From Escherichia coli (lineage in GTDB: Bacteria > Pseudomonadota > Gammaproteobacteria > Enterobacterales > Enterobacteriaceae): a stretch of DNA of 64,000 nt. Under the pieces are notes generated by a model, which was given only the letters and a program-made list of their open reading frames with translations, was not told the origin of the DNA and made no database searches. This document shows positions 1-9,000 of this stretch, piece after piece. Each line of letters opens with the position of its first letter. Position 1 is the first letter of the stretch. The stretch is taken from the NCBI RefSeq assembly GCF_001677475.2, contig NZ_CP015229.1, one strand, 5' to 3'. The translations under genes were made by a program, and so were the position numbers.

Positions 1-212
1 ACTACGTCGATGCCGATCCGGTGAACTCCTCACAGGAAACCAAAGCTCGTCGCCCACTGGCAGCTGCTGAAGTGGTGGTGGAAGAGGTGGAAGGTAATCC
101 GGGTTATTACGATGCCAAATTCTTCCTGCGCCCGCATTTTCAGCTTGAAGGGTTAACAGGATCACTGCGTCTGGTCACAAAACTGCCGTCTGTAAAACAG
201 GGTAATGCCTGA
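1..212 (+). CDS. tssC: T6SS contractile sheath large subunit TssC, C-terminal fragment (5' end outside window)
   Basis: Open frame runs in from window edge; C-terminal ...FFLRPHFQLEGLTGSLRLV... resembles TssC/VipB C-termini as I recall them; sits just upstream of hcp. Confidence 0.45.
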   Translation, partial: YVDADPVNSSQETKARRPLAAAEVVVEEVEGNPGYYDAKFFLRPHFQLEGLTGSLRLVTKLPSVKQGNA

Positions 213-262
213 TTTTTATGGATATTTTAATGAATGATGCCGGGTAATACACAGGGGAATAT

Positions 263-670
263 ATGGCATATGTTTATGGACTGGTAGATTCATTACAGGG
301 CACTGACATGGTGGGAATGGCGGGGGCAGGAGACAGAAAGGAATGTGTGTTCTTAGTTCAGGTATATGCACATGTGGGGAATACTGGAGCCTGGAAGCAG
401 GGGCGAAAGGTTTTTGGGGATAAATCGATCCCCAGAGGAACAGCAATTGCCACTTTTGTTAACGGAAAGTATCCCTCGAGGCAGAATGAGCATAAGCATG
501 CCGCTTTCTATCTGGAACAGGATAGTCAGTATATTTATGTTATGGACCAGTGGACAGGTAAAACCACGAAAGTCTCTGCACGCCCTATTTCCCGAAAAGG
601 TGGAATGCGCAGCGATGGAACATATCCTGATGCCAGTAATAATGCGGAAGCTTTTTATATTATTGAGTAG
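263..670 (+). CDS. Small Cys/His-containing hypothetical protein; candidate T6SS effector (amidase/peptidase-type)
   Basis: 135-aa ORF, no signal peptide, between tssC and hcp, followed by a signal-peptide protein; function not recognised. Confidence 0.35.
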   Translation: MAYVYGLVDSLQGTDMVGMAGAGDRKECVFLVQVYAHVGNTGAWKQGRKVFGDKSIPRGTAIATFVNGKYPSRQNEHKHAAFYLEQDSQYIYVMDQWTGKTTKVSARPISRKGGMRSDGTYPDASNNAEAFYIIE

Positions 671-682
671 AGGATAGATTCA

Positions 683-1135
683 ATGGGAACACGTTTTATT
701 TTTTCTCTGTTGTTGGGTTTTATGTTGTTTTATTCACCATTTGTTGCAGCGTGGGAAGTCAGTTGCCCCGTGTTTATCAATATAAAATCCTCAACAACAG
801 TACTGGAGCCAGATATATCTGCATCGTGGCAGAGATCTTCCCGCTATGAACCCCGTCTGTGGTTGGACGGGGTAGGGATGTCGCAGGGAAAACCTGAAAA
901 TCGGGTGGATCTAAAACCAGAGACAGAGACAATAAAGGGTGAAACCAGGCAAATATGGGATACCACAATGGCCAGTAATCAGAATAGTGAACGTTACTGG
1001 GTTTCCTGTATTTATAACCATGGACAGGTTTGGTTATCACAACCGGTCCCTGCATTGGCGACACAGTGCCAGGCATCTTCTTTGCCGGGGCAGCGGGTAC
1101 CAGGAGAGTCATCGGTATCTGTGACATGTAAATAG
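683..1135 (+). CDS. Secreted Cys-containing protein; candidate periplasmic immunity protein
   Basis: N-terminal hydrophobic signal peptide (MGTRFIFSLLLGFMLFYSPFVAAW...), several Cys; immediately downstream of 263..670. Confidence 0.35.
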   Translation: MGTRFIFSLLLGFMLFYSPFVAAWEVSCPVFINIKSSTTVLEPDISASWQRSSRYEPRLWLDGVGMSQGKPENRVDLKPETETIKGETRQIWDTTMASNQNSERYWVSCIYNHGQVWLSQPVPALATQCQASSLPGQRVPGESSVSVTCK

Positions 1136-1314
1136 AAGTAATACATTCATTTTGTGAATTAATGACGTGCCGGTATCTCATTACCGGAAATTATACAGCC
1201 TTCTATTCTTCTGAAATTAAGGAGAGGGGGGTCTGTACGGCCATGGTTTACCTGAATTCATATGCGAAGATAAACCAGGGATTATTTTAAGTAATTCTTA
1301 ATAAGGAAATGAAA

Positions 1315-1800
1315 ATGGCTTATGACATTTTTCTGAAAATTGACGGCATTGACGGCGAGTCAATGGATGACAAACATAAAAATGAAATTGAGGTGCTGAG
1401 CTGGCGCTGGAATATCCACCAGGAGTCCACCATGCACGCGGGTAGCGGTCTGGGATCCGGCAAAGTCTCCGTGACTAACCTGGAGTTTGAACATTACATC
1501 GATCGCGCTAGCCCGAACCTGTTCAAATACTGCGCCTCTGGTAAGCATATTCCAAAGTCCATCCTTGTCATGCGCAAAGCAGGCGGCAATCCGCTGGAAT
1601 ACCTCAAATATACCTTCACTGACCTGATTGTGGCTGTTGTTTCCCCCAGTGGTAGTAAGGAGGGTGAGATCGCCTCCCGCGAGAGAGTCGAACTATCTTT
1701 CAGCACCGTGAAGCAGGAATACGTGGTGCAGAACCAGCAGGGCGGCAGCGGCGGCACAATCACGGCAGGTTACGATTTCAAAGCTAACAAAGAAATTTAA
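1315..1800 (+). CDS. hcp: T6SS tube protein Hcp (TssD)
   Basis: Translation MAYDIFLKIDGIDGES... is a typical Hcp; RBS AAGGAA upstream of second ATG; strong terminator downstream. Confidence 0.92.
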   Translation: MAYDIFLKIDGIDGESMDDKHKNEIEVLSWRWNIHQESTMHAGSGLGSGKVSVTNLEFEHYIDRASPNLFKYCASGKHIPKSILVMRKAGGNPLEYLKYTFTDLIVAVVSPSGSKEGEIASRERVELSFSTVKQEYVVQNQQGGSGGTITAGYDFKANKEI

Positions 1801-1811
1801 GCAACATTTTC

Positions 1812-1844
1812 CCGGCCAGGTATATAGCCTGGCCGGTTTTTATT
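1812..1844 (+). terminator. Rho-independent terminator/attenuator after hcp
   Basis: Perfect 9-bp stem CCGGCCAGG/CCTGGCCGG followed by TTTTTATT. Confidence 0.6.
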
Positions 1845-1867
1845 ATTTGATTTTAAAGGAAATTACA

Positions 1868-2401
1868 GTGAATAAATGGCGTAACCCCGGTGGGTGGTTA
1901 TGTGCGGTAGCTTTGTCTTTTGTCTTCCTGCTTTCCGGGTGCAGCATTGACAGTGACGACGTGCCGGACCTGATGTCACAAAGACTCGATCTGGTGATTA
2001 AGGCTTCCGATAAGGTGAATCCTGACAATCAGAAAAAAGCCGCGCCCATAGAGATACGCATTTATGAACTGAAAAATGATGCAGCTTTCACGGCGGCGGA
2101 CTGGTGGTCCCTTCAGGACAATGACAAGGCTGTTCTTGCCGATGATTTACTCCACCGCGACAGCTTTATCCTGCGTCCGGGCGAGGAGAAAAAATTACGC
2201 CGCGCCCTCAATAAGGAAACTACCACGCTGGGGATCCTCGCCGGATACCGCAATCTGGGAAAATCGGTCTGGCGGGCTACATATAAAATTCCTGATCCAC
2301 CGGAAAAAAGTTGGTACAGCCGCTTTATGCCAAAGAAAAAAGTCGAATTGGATGCTGGCATAGAGCAAAGCGCCATAGTGATTAAAGAACGGGATGAGTA
2401 A
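1868..2401 (+). CDS. tssJ: T6SS outer-membrane lipoprotein TssJ
   Basis: Lipobox LLSGC after hydrophobic stretch; RBS AAAGGA before in-frame GTG; size and position typical of TssJ. Confidence 0.8.
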   Translation: MNKWRNPGGWLCAVALSFVFLLSGCSIDSDDVPDLMSQRLDLVIKASDKVNPDNQKKAAPIEIRIYELKNDAAFTAADWWSLQDNDKAVLADDLLHRDSFILRPGEEKKLRRALNKETTTLGILAGYRNLGKSVWRATYKIPDPPEKSWYSRFMPKKKVELDAGIEQSAIVIKERDE

Positions 2402-2404
2402 ATT

Positions 2405-3748
2405 ATGAGTTGGAATAACCGGGTGGTCTGGAGTGAAGGACAATTTTTGTTGCCACAGATGTTTCAGCAGCAGGAACGCTATCTGGAACATGTCATTCAT
2501 TATCGCAGTTTGCCTCTTTCACCTTTTTACTGGGGTTTCAATGAGTATGGTATTGGTAGTGAGGCGCTGAACATCGGAAAACTGGTACTTACGAAGGCTT
2601 CCGGGGTATTTGCTGACGGTACACCTTTTAATGCGCCGGGTCATACACCACTCCCGCCGCCGCTGACCATCCTTCCAGAACATCTTAACCAGTTGATTTA
2701 TCTGGCTGTGCCAATACGTACGCCGAACAGTGAAGAAACCAGTTTCGACAATAACCCTGAATCACTGGCACGTTTTTCGGTACATGAAAGTGAAATCCGT
2801 GATGCCAATTCGCTGGGGCGAGGCGCGCAACTGCTGCAACTTAGCCACCTGCGCTTGCGACTGTTACCGGAAAAGGCGGTGACAGACGCGTGGATCGGCC
2901 TGCCGCTGACGCGCATCACGGCGCTGCATCCCGATGGTCGGGTCGATATAGACAAAGAGTTGATCCCGCCAGTGGCGAACTACCAGGCCAGTACGCTGAT
3001 ATGTACCTGGCTGTCGTGGATTAACGATCTGATAAAAATGCGTGCAGATTCGCTGGCGGAACGATTGACGGGGAGCGACAAACACGGTCATGAAGCGGCG
3101 GAAGTGTCGGATTACCTGCTTCTGCAAGTTCTTAATCGTTTCGGCCCCTTATTGATCCATATGTCGAAAACGCCGCTATCGCCTGAAGTACTTTATCGTA
3201 ACCTCTGCGCACTGGCCGGAGAACTCTCTACCTACGTGCGTCCGCAAACACGTCGTCCGGAAGAATATAAAGAATATAAGCACCTGACGCCCTATGCCGG
3301 GCTGAAATCGGTGGTGGACGAGGTTCAGTATCTACTGAATGCTGTGCTAATACGTGGGGCGCAGCGAATCCCTCTGGAAGAGGGAACTTACGGTATTCTC
3401 AATGCGGTGGTTGAACCTACCGAACTGTCAGATTTCAGCTCGTTAGTATTGGCGGTGAAGGCACAGATGTCCGCCGACACCTTACTACAACATTTTTCGG
3501 CTCAGACCAAAATAGGGCCGTCAGAACGCCTGCCGGAACTGATTCGCTCGCACCTTCCTGGTCTTGTTCTACAGGTGCTGCCAGTGCCACCGCGTCAGAT
3601 CCCGTTCCAGTCCGGTTACATCTATTACGACATCCGCCGCGACGGCGTGTTGTGGGAACATATCGCCCGCTATGGTGGCATGGCAATGCATACCGCCGGA
3701 GAGTTTCCAGGGCTGGAGCTGGAGCTGTGGGGAGTTCGCGATAAATGA
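2405..3748 (+). CDS. tssK: T6SS baseplate protein TssK
   Basis: 447 aa; N-terminus W..GQFLLPQMFQQQERYLEH typical of TssK; order tssJ-tssK-tssL. Confidence 0.85.
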   Translation: MSWNNRVVWSEGQFLLPQMFQQQERYLEHVIHYRSLPLSPFYWGFNEYGIGSEALNIGKLVLTKASGVFADGTPFNAPGHTPLPPPLTILPEHLNQLIYLAVPIRTPNSEETSFDNNPESLARFSVHESEIRDANSLGRGAQLLQLSHLRLRLLPEKAVTDAWIGLPLTRITALHPDGRVDIDKELIPPVANYQASTLICTWLSWINDLIKMRADSLAERLTGSDKHGHEAAEVSDYLLLQVLNRFGPLLIHMSKTPLSPEVLYRNLCALAGELSTYVRPQTRRPEEYKEYKHLTPYAGLKSVVDEVQYLLNAVLIRGAQRIPLEEGTYGILNAVVEPTELSDFSSLVLAVKAQMSADTLLQHFSAQTKIGPSERLPELIRSHLPGLVLQVLPVPPRQIPFQSGYIYYDIRRDGVLWEHIARYGGMAMHTAGEFPGLELELWGVRDK

Positions 3749-4464
3749 CCGACGATATTCTGACGCAACCTGCGGTGAATACCCTGCAATTACAGCCTTC
3801 AATGAGGGGAACAAGGTCGCCTGATAATGACGGTTACGATACGCTCGTCCAGGACAGCCTTCGCAGGGAAGATATAAAGGTGGTGGTTGAAGACGGGCCA
3901 GATTTGAAGCTCCGCTTGGCTGAGATCACTGCTGCTGTGAATCCTCTTCTGGCGGCGGCCAGCCCTCTGTTATGCGCGCTGGCGCAAATGCCCCGTGAAC
4001 TTTCCCCTGGTTTTGTCGAACATTATCGCGCCCTACTGGAGCGTGAAGTCCGCCGGTATCAGACGCTGTGCGACCAGGCAAACCTGCGCCGCGAACATGT
4101 GCTGGCGGTACGTTACTGCGTGTGCACGGCGCTGGATGAAGCTGCCAACAACACCGTCTGGGGGCGACGCGGTGTCTGGGCCGGGAAGAGCCTGCTGGTG
4201 ACTTTTCATGGCGAAAGTGAAGGCGGCATCAAGCTGTTTCAGATAATCGGGCGTCTGGCCGCCAGCTTCCAGGAGCACAGCGATGTACTGGAAATCATTT
4301 ACCACATTCTGGGACTGGGTTTTGAAGGCCGCTACAGTGTACGGCCTGACGGGCGTAAACAACTGGACGATATCCGCCAGCAACTGCTGACTCAACTGGT
4401 CCAGCGTCGCGATCCGATCACGCCGACGCTCTTGCCGGGTTTTGCCGGTGCCGTCAGTGGGTGA
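3745..4464 (+). CDS. tssL: T6SS membrane-complex protein TssL (DotU-like), cytoplasmic domain; ends at in-frame TGA
   Basis: 239 aa, position after tssK; no TM helix in this ORF; next ORF is in the same frame. Confidence 0.75.
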   Translation: MTDDILTQPAVNTLQLQPSMRGTRSPDNDGYDTLVQDSLRREDIKVVVEDGPDLKLRLAEITAAVNPLLAAASPLLCALAQMPRELSPGFVEHYRALLEREVRRYQTLCDQANLRREHVLAVRYCVCTALDEAANNTVWGRRGVWAGKSLLVTFHGESEGGIKLFQIIGRLAASFQEHSDVLEIIYHILGLGFEGRYSVRPDGRKQLDDIRQQLLTQLVQRRDPITPTLLPGFAGAVSG

Positions 4465-5061
4465 ATGCGGCGGATGCGCCGGGTGCCGGTCTGGCTGAGC
4501 GCCGGAATCGCCCTGCTGGTGATGCTGACGCTGTTTGGCCTTTACAGCCACCGGATGAACCTCGCCACCGAAACCGTACAACAGCGTATCGACGCCATTG
4601 GTAAAAATCTTCCGCCGCCACCCGTTCCGGTGCATAAACTGCGGTTGAAAATCCTGCTGGCGAACGAAATCGCCCGTGGCCTGCTGACGGTGGAGGAAGA
4701 TGACCATCACAGCCGTGTAATCTTTCGTGGCGATACGATGTTTATACCGGGGCAGAAAACCGTGAATGATGCGCTGCGCCCGGTGATTGACAAGGCCGCG
4801 CGTGAGATTGCGCGTGTGGGGGGCGCGGTGACGGTGACCGGCCACACGGACAGCCAGCCGATCCACTCCGCTGAATTCCCGTCCAACCAGGTATTGTCGG
4901 AAAAACGTGCGGCAGAAGTAGCTTCGCTGCTGACATCTGGTGGCGTTCCGGCTAGCCGAATTCGGGGTGTCGGTAAAGGGGATACTATGCCGGTGGCTGA
5001 TAATAGTACTAAAACTGGACGAGCGCAGAATCGCCGGGTGGAAATTCTGGTGGTGGAGTGA
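4465..5061 (+). CDS. TM-anchored OmpA/MotB-like peptidoglycan-binding domain protein (TssL C-terminal part / TagL-like)
   Basis: N-terminal TM helix (VPVWLSAGIALLVMLTLFGL) then OmpA-like C-terminus (...VTGHTDSQP...RAQNRRVEILVVE); same frame as tssL. Confidence 0.8.
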   Translation: MRRMRRVPVWLSAGIALLVMLTLFGLYSHRMNLATETVQQRIDAIGKNLPPPPVPVHKLRLKILLANEIARGLLTVEEDDHHSRVIFRGDTMFIPGQKTVNDALRPVIDKAAREIARVGGAVTVTGHTDSQPIHSAEFPSNQVLSEKRAAEVASLLTSGGVPASRIRGVGKGDTMPVADNSTKTGRAQNRRVEILVVE

Positions 5062-5068
5062 ATTAATA

Positions 5069-5755
5069 ATGGAAAAGCTAGAGTGTAATGCGTCTAACCA
5101 TTCGCCAGTGTGGGGAGTAACAGAATTTATATTCTGGAAACTGGCGCCTAAAAAATGGGGGGGAGGCGTAGCATTTGGGCGTTATTTTAAAGATGGTTGG
5201 GTGAAGCATAACGGTCTTTTGATCAATGCAGCTGCAAATGCCTGGCATTTACCTGCCCCCTTACTTGCTGGAGTTTGTTGGATTGAAGTAGGGGGTGATC
5301 CTCAGATTATAGACACGCTGGCATTTGAATTTCGTGCTATGAGTTGGAGTGGGCCTGAATGGGTTGATGAACATATCACAATCGCTTCGAAACCAGAAAA
5401 AACTTCTTTTGGTGCGGTGAGTATGCAATTGCGAACTGCAGCCAGAACACTCGGGCTTGATGAGACTAAAATGGACAACTCTCAGTTGCGTGAGCTGGCA
5501 AATTGTCTCCAGCATGATGTGTTTAATATACAATTAGCTGCAAGACATCTTTATCAATTGGCTGAAAAAGATGGTTTTCAGGTATCCTTACCTCACCTGA
5601 CAAAAGAACAAATAAGAATTATTGGAGCTCGTTATAATCGAGGTGTTTCCCTTAGTCTGGAAAAAATAAAGGAAGATACCAGCTATGGCGATTTTATTAT
5701 AAATAACTGGTTACATTTCTCTAGTTTATTAATAACTACCTGGAAGTCTTCATGA
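5069..5755 (+). CDS. Lytic-transglycosylase/lysozyme-like (SLT-type) protein, T6SS-associated
   Basis: Motifs reminiscent of SLT domains (...WIEVGGDP..., ...FGAVSMQL..., ...GARYNRG...); no signal peptide; ATG with RBS downstream of track start. Confidence 0.45.
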   Translation: MEKLECNASNHSPVWGVTEFIFWKLAPKKWGGGVAFGRYFKDGWVKHNGLLINAAANAWHLPAPLLAGVCWIEVGGDPQIIDTLAFEFRAMSWSGPEWVDEHITIASKPEKTSFGAVSMQLRTAARTLGLDETKMDNSQLRELANCLQHDVFNIQLAARHLYQLAEKDGFQVSLPHLTKEQIRIIGARYNRGVSLSLEKIKEDTSYGDFIINNWLHFSSLLITTWKSS

Positions 5756-6039
5756 GAAAAATAATTCAGATATCAGGGTGGTTATTATTTATTATGGGAT
5801 TGGTCACTATCATGCTTTTTTCCGGGAGTGAGTACCAGTGGATGCAGGATATGGACCCTTCAATAACAGCATTACCTCAGGGAAACGGAAATAGAGATGT
5901 AATCAGAAAATTAATTTATTCTATTTCAGTGGCTATTCAGATTGTTCTTTATTTTCTTTCAGTATCGCGTACAGGAAAGGGATTTTCAGCCCTGGGTATT
6001 TTGCTATTACTGATTACCGCATGGAGCTCTGAACAATAA
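5752..6039 (+). CDS. Small integral membrane protein (2-3 TM helices); possible immunity/accessory
   Basis: 95 aa, hydrophobic helices; overlaps neighbours by ATGA/TAATG junctions. Confidence 0.4.
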   Translation: MRKIIQISGWLLFIMGLVTIMLFSGSEYQWMQDMDPSITALPQGNGNRDVIRKLIYSISVAIQIVLYFLSVSRTGKGFSALGILLLLITAWSSEQ

Positions 6040-9000
6040 TGCAAAAATTTCTCAGTCTGCTGTTTTCCCGCCGCACACTGGCCGTTGTCGGCGTGGTGGT
6101 GCTGGCGTTGCTGGTCTGGTTTATCGGGCCGCTGGTGGCGTTTGACACCTTGCATCCGCTTGCGTCCGTGGGTAGCCGGGTAGTCACTATCGTTCTGTTA
6201 CTGATGTTCCTTGCACTGTGGCTGGTTAACTGGTCGATGAGCATCATTGGCGTTACGGTTCTGTGCCTGGTTATCGGCTTTGTCTCACCGTTGCTGGCCT
6301 TCGGTGATGTTTATCCATTTGCGCCGCTGTGGCTGCGTCTGACGCTTATCGGCCTGATCCTTCTGTCTTATACGCTGTATGGCCTGTACCGATTGTGGCG
6401 GGCGCTGCGTCTGGATGAACAACTGCTGCGCCGTTTCCTGCATCCGCGCGGGGAAGATGTTCCGGTGGCAGGGGAAATTAAAGCCGACTTACGCACCGTC
6501 AGCCATATTGTCACTCGCGCTATTCGGCAACTGAAGCAACTGCGCGTAGACCTGCCGGGTTGGCGTAAGGTGCTGGAAGGAAAGCGTTTTCTGTACGAAC
6601 TGCCGTGGTTCATGGTTATCGGCAGCCCCGGTGATGGTAAAACTACCGCGCTGCTTAACACCGGGCTACAGTTTCCGCTGGCGGAGCAGATGGAGCAGAC
6701 CGCGCATATCCTTACCGTGCCGGGCGGCGGCACGCTGCACTGCGACTGGTGGTTCACCAACGAAGCGGTGCTCATTGACACTGCCGGGCGCTATGCCCGC
6801 CACGATGACGGCGGTGAAATCAGTGCGACCCAGCGCAACGCCGGGGAATGGCAGGGGTTTCTGGGACTGCTGCGTAAACACCGTCCCGGCGCACCGCTGA
6901 ACGGCGTTATCCTGACGCTAAACGTGGCGGATCTGACCGCGCAGTCCCCGGCGGAACGACTGGCTGCCTGTGCGGCTTTGCGTGCGCGGCTGGCTGAACT
7001 GCGTGAGACGCTGGGTATTCGTTTCCCGGTTTATCTGGTTGTCACTAAGATGGATCTGCTGCCGGGCTTTACGGAGTATTTCCGTGGGCTGACCAGTCAC
7101 CTGCGTGCCCAGGTCTGGGGCTTCACCCTGCCATACAGCCGCAGGCGTCACGCCAGCGATCCGCAGTCGTTGCATGCGCTCTGTGGCCAGGAACTGGCAA
7201 ATCTGACGCTGCGGCTGGATCAGGGGCTGGATACCCGGTTGCAGGAAGAGTACGACCTTAAAAGCCGTCAACGGCTCTACCGCTTTCCGCGCGAATTTGC
7301 CGCGCTGGGCGCGCCGCTGCTGGAAGCCATTGAACAGATTTTCCTCGATTCAAAATTTGACGCCACTCAGCTTAACAACACCCTACGCGGCGTATTTTTT
7401 ACCAGCGCCGCACAGGCGCAGGCAGACGCGGTGGCCGATCAGACGGGCATCTGGCAGCGCTTTGTCCGGGCGATCAAAGGGAAAGTGGAGTCACCTTCTC
7501 ATACCTTACCGGACGGCAACCGCAGCTATTTTCTTCATGACCTACTGACCCAGTTTATCTTCCGTGAAGCACACCTGGTGGAGCCGAATCTTCAATGGGC
7601 CTGGCGTTATCGCCTGCTGCGTACTGGCGGGCATCTGCTGGTACTAGCGTTGGCTTTCTGGTTGTGGCAGGGAATGCAGGGCAGCCAGCAGGGTAACAGC
7701 GGCTATCTGAATGAAATCGCCAGCCGGACGGTCCAACTGGATGGTGACGTCAAAGCCTATACCGGAAAACCTGCTATGCAGCCTGTCCCAGTCCTGTTGA
7801 ACCAGGCGCGGGCGCTCTCTGCCTGGCCGGGGCTGGACCCGGACTCACCGCCGCTGGCCTGGCGTTATGGTCTTTACAGCGTTCCGCCAGTAATGGAGAG
7901 CGTCGCATCCCTGTATGACCGTCTGCTGGACCAGCTCCTATTGCCGCCACTGGTGAAGCGCATGGAATATGTGCTTTCAGATGCCATTGCTCGTCAGGAC
8001 AGCAAAGCCGCGTATGACGCTCTGCATGTTTATCTGCTGCTGAATCTTGATAAAGACCACGAGGACAAATACAACGCAGCGGAGATCCACGCCTGGGTAC
8101 TGAACGATCTGGAAAACCGCGATAGCGTGGCGGAGTTCGGCGGCCGTGCAGCAGTGCTGGAACATATCGACGCCCTGTTTGACGGCAGCCGTGTGGTGCA
8201 TTCGCCTTATGACAAAGATGAGGGACTGATCCGCATGGCGCGGGCTTTCCTTGACGGTCATACCAGCACCGAGCGTATCTATACTCGAGCCCTGGCTTCC
8301 ATGGAGAGCGAAGCACCGCAGGAGTTTTCGCTGGTTCGCGCGGTGGGCGCGGATGCGGGGACGGTTTTTGTCCGCACGGATGGCGCGCCACTGGATAGGG
8401 GCGTGCCCGGCATCTTTACTCGCGAAGGCTACCGGGAACTGTTCGACAAACGGCTGTCGGAGTTTGTCGCCTCCGCATCAGCGGACGACGCCTGGGTAAT
8501 GGGCCGGGAAAACGCGCAAAAAAAAACGACTGATATTGTGATGAGCCAGTTGCCGGGGCAGGAACTCCCGGTTACCCGTGAGGTACGCCGCCTGTATCTG
8601 GCTGAATATGCCCGCCGCTGGCAGGATTTTCTGGCTAGTATTCACAGCATCAACAGTGCCGGGGAAGACGGTAGTCCCGGACTGGCGTATGACCTTCAGG
8701 TGCTTCGCACACTGGCCTCGCCTGACTCACCTCTGATGCGCCTGAGTAAAGCGGTGGTGGAGCAGACCACGCTGGTACCGCCGCTGGATGCGCAGGCCAG
8801 ACAAAAACAAATGGCCCAGCGCGCGCAGGACCGGCTCTCCGGTAATGCGGGTAAAGCAGTGCAGACGGCAAAGCTGTTGCAGGATATCCACCCGGAAGAG
8901 CGGCTGGAAAAATCGCTGGTGGATGACCGTTTCGCCGCTCTGCGGGAAGTGGTTTCCGGGCGGACGGACAGTGGACAGGGGGGCGGGGCGCCGCAGTTAA

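Noticed and set aside
4462-4464. Selenocysteine or programmed readthrough at the in-frame TGA between tssL and the OmpA-domain ORF
   Set aside because: No SECIS-like hairpin was evident immediately downstream and an ATG follows the stop directly; kept only as an alternative within the split-TssL finding.
4940-5068. Upstream extension of the SLT-like ORF overlapping the end of the OmpA-domain gene
   Set aside because: Extension overlaps the preceding gene in another frame; an ATG with a GGAG-type RBS at 5069 gives a sensible start.
7774-8391. Long antisense ORFs inside tssM (for example 7774..8391, 6368..6781) and similar antisense ORFs inside Rhs, lfiF, lfiI and fadE
   Set aside because: They lie wholly within well-supported genes on the opposite strand in GC-rich DNA, have Arg/Pro/Ala-rich low-complexity translations and no independent start context; treated as spurious.
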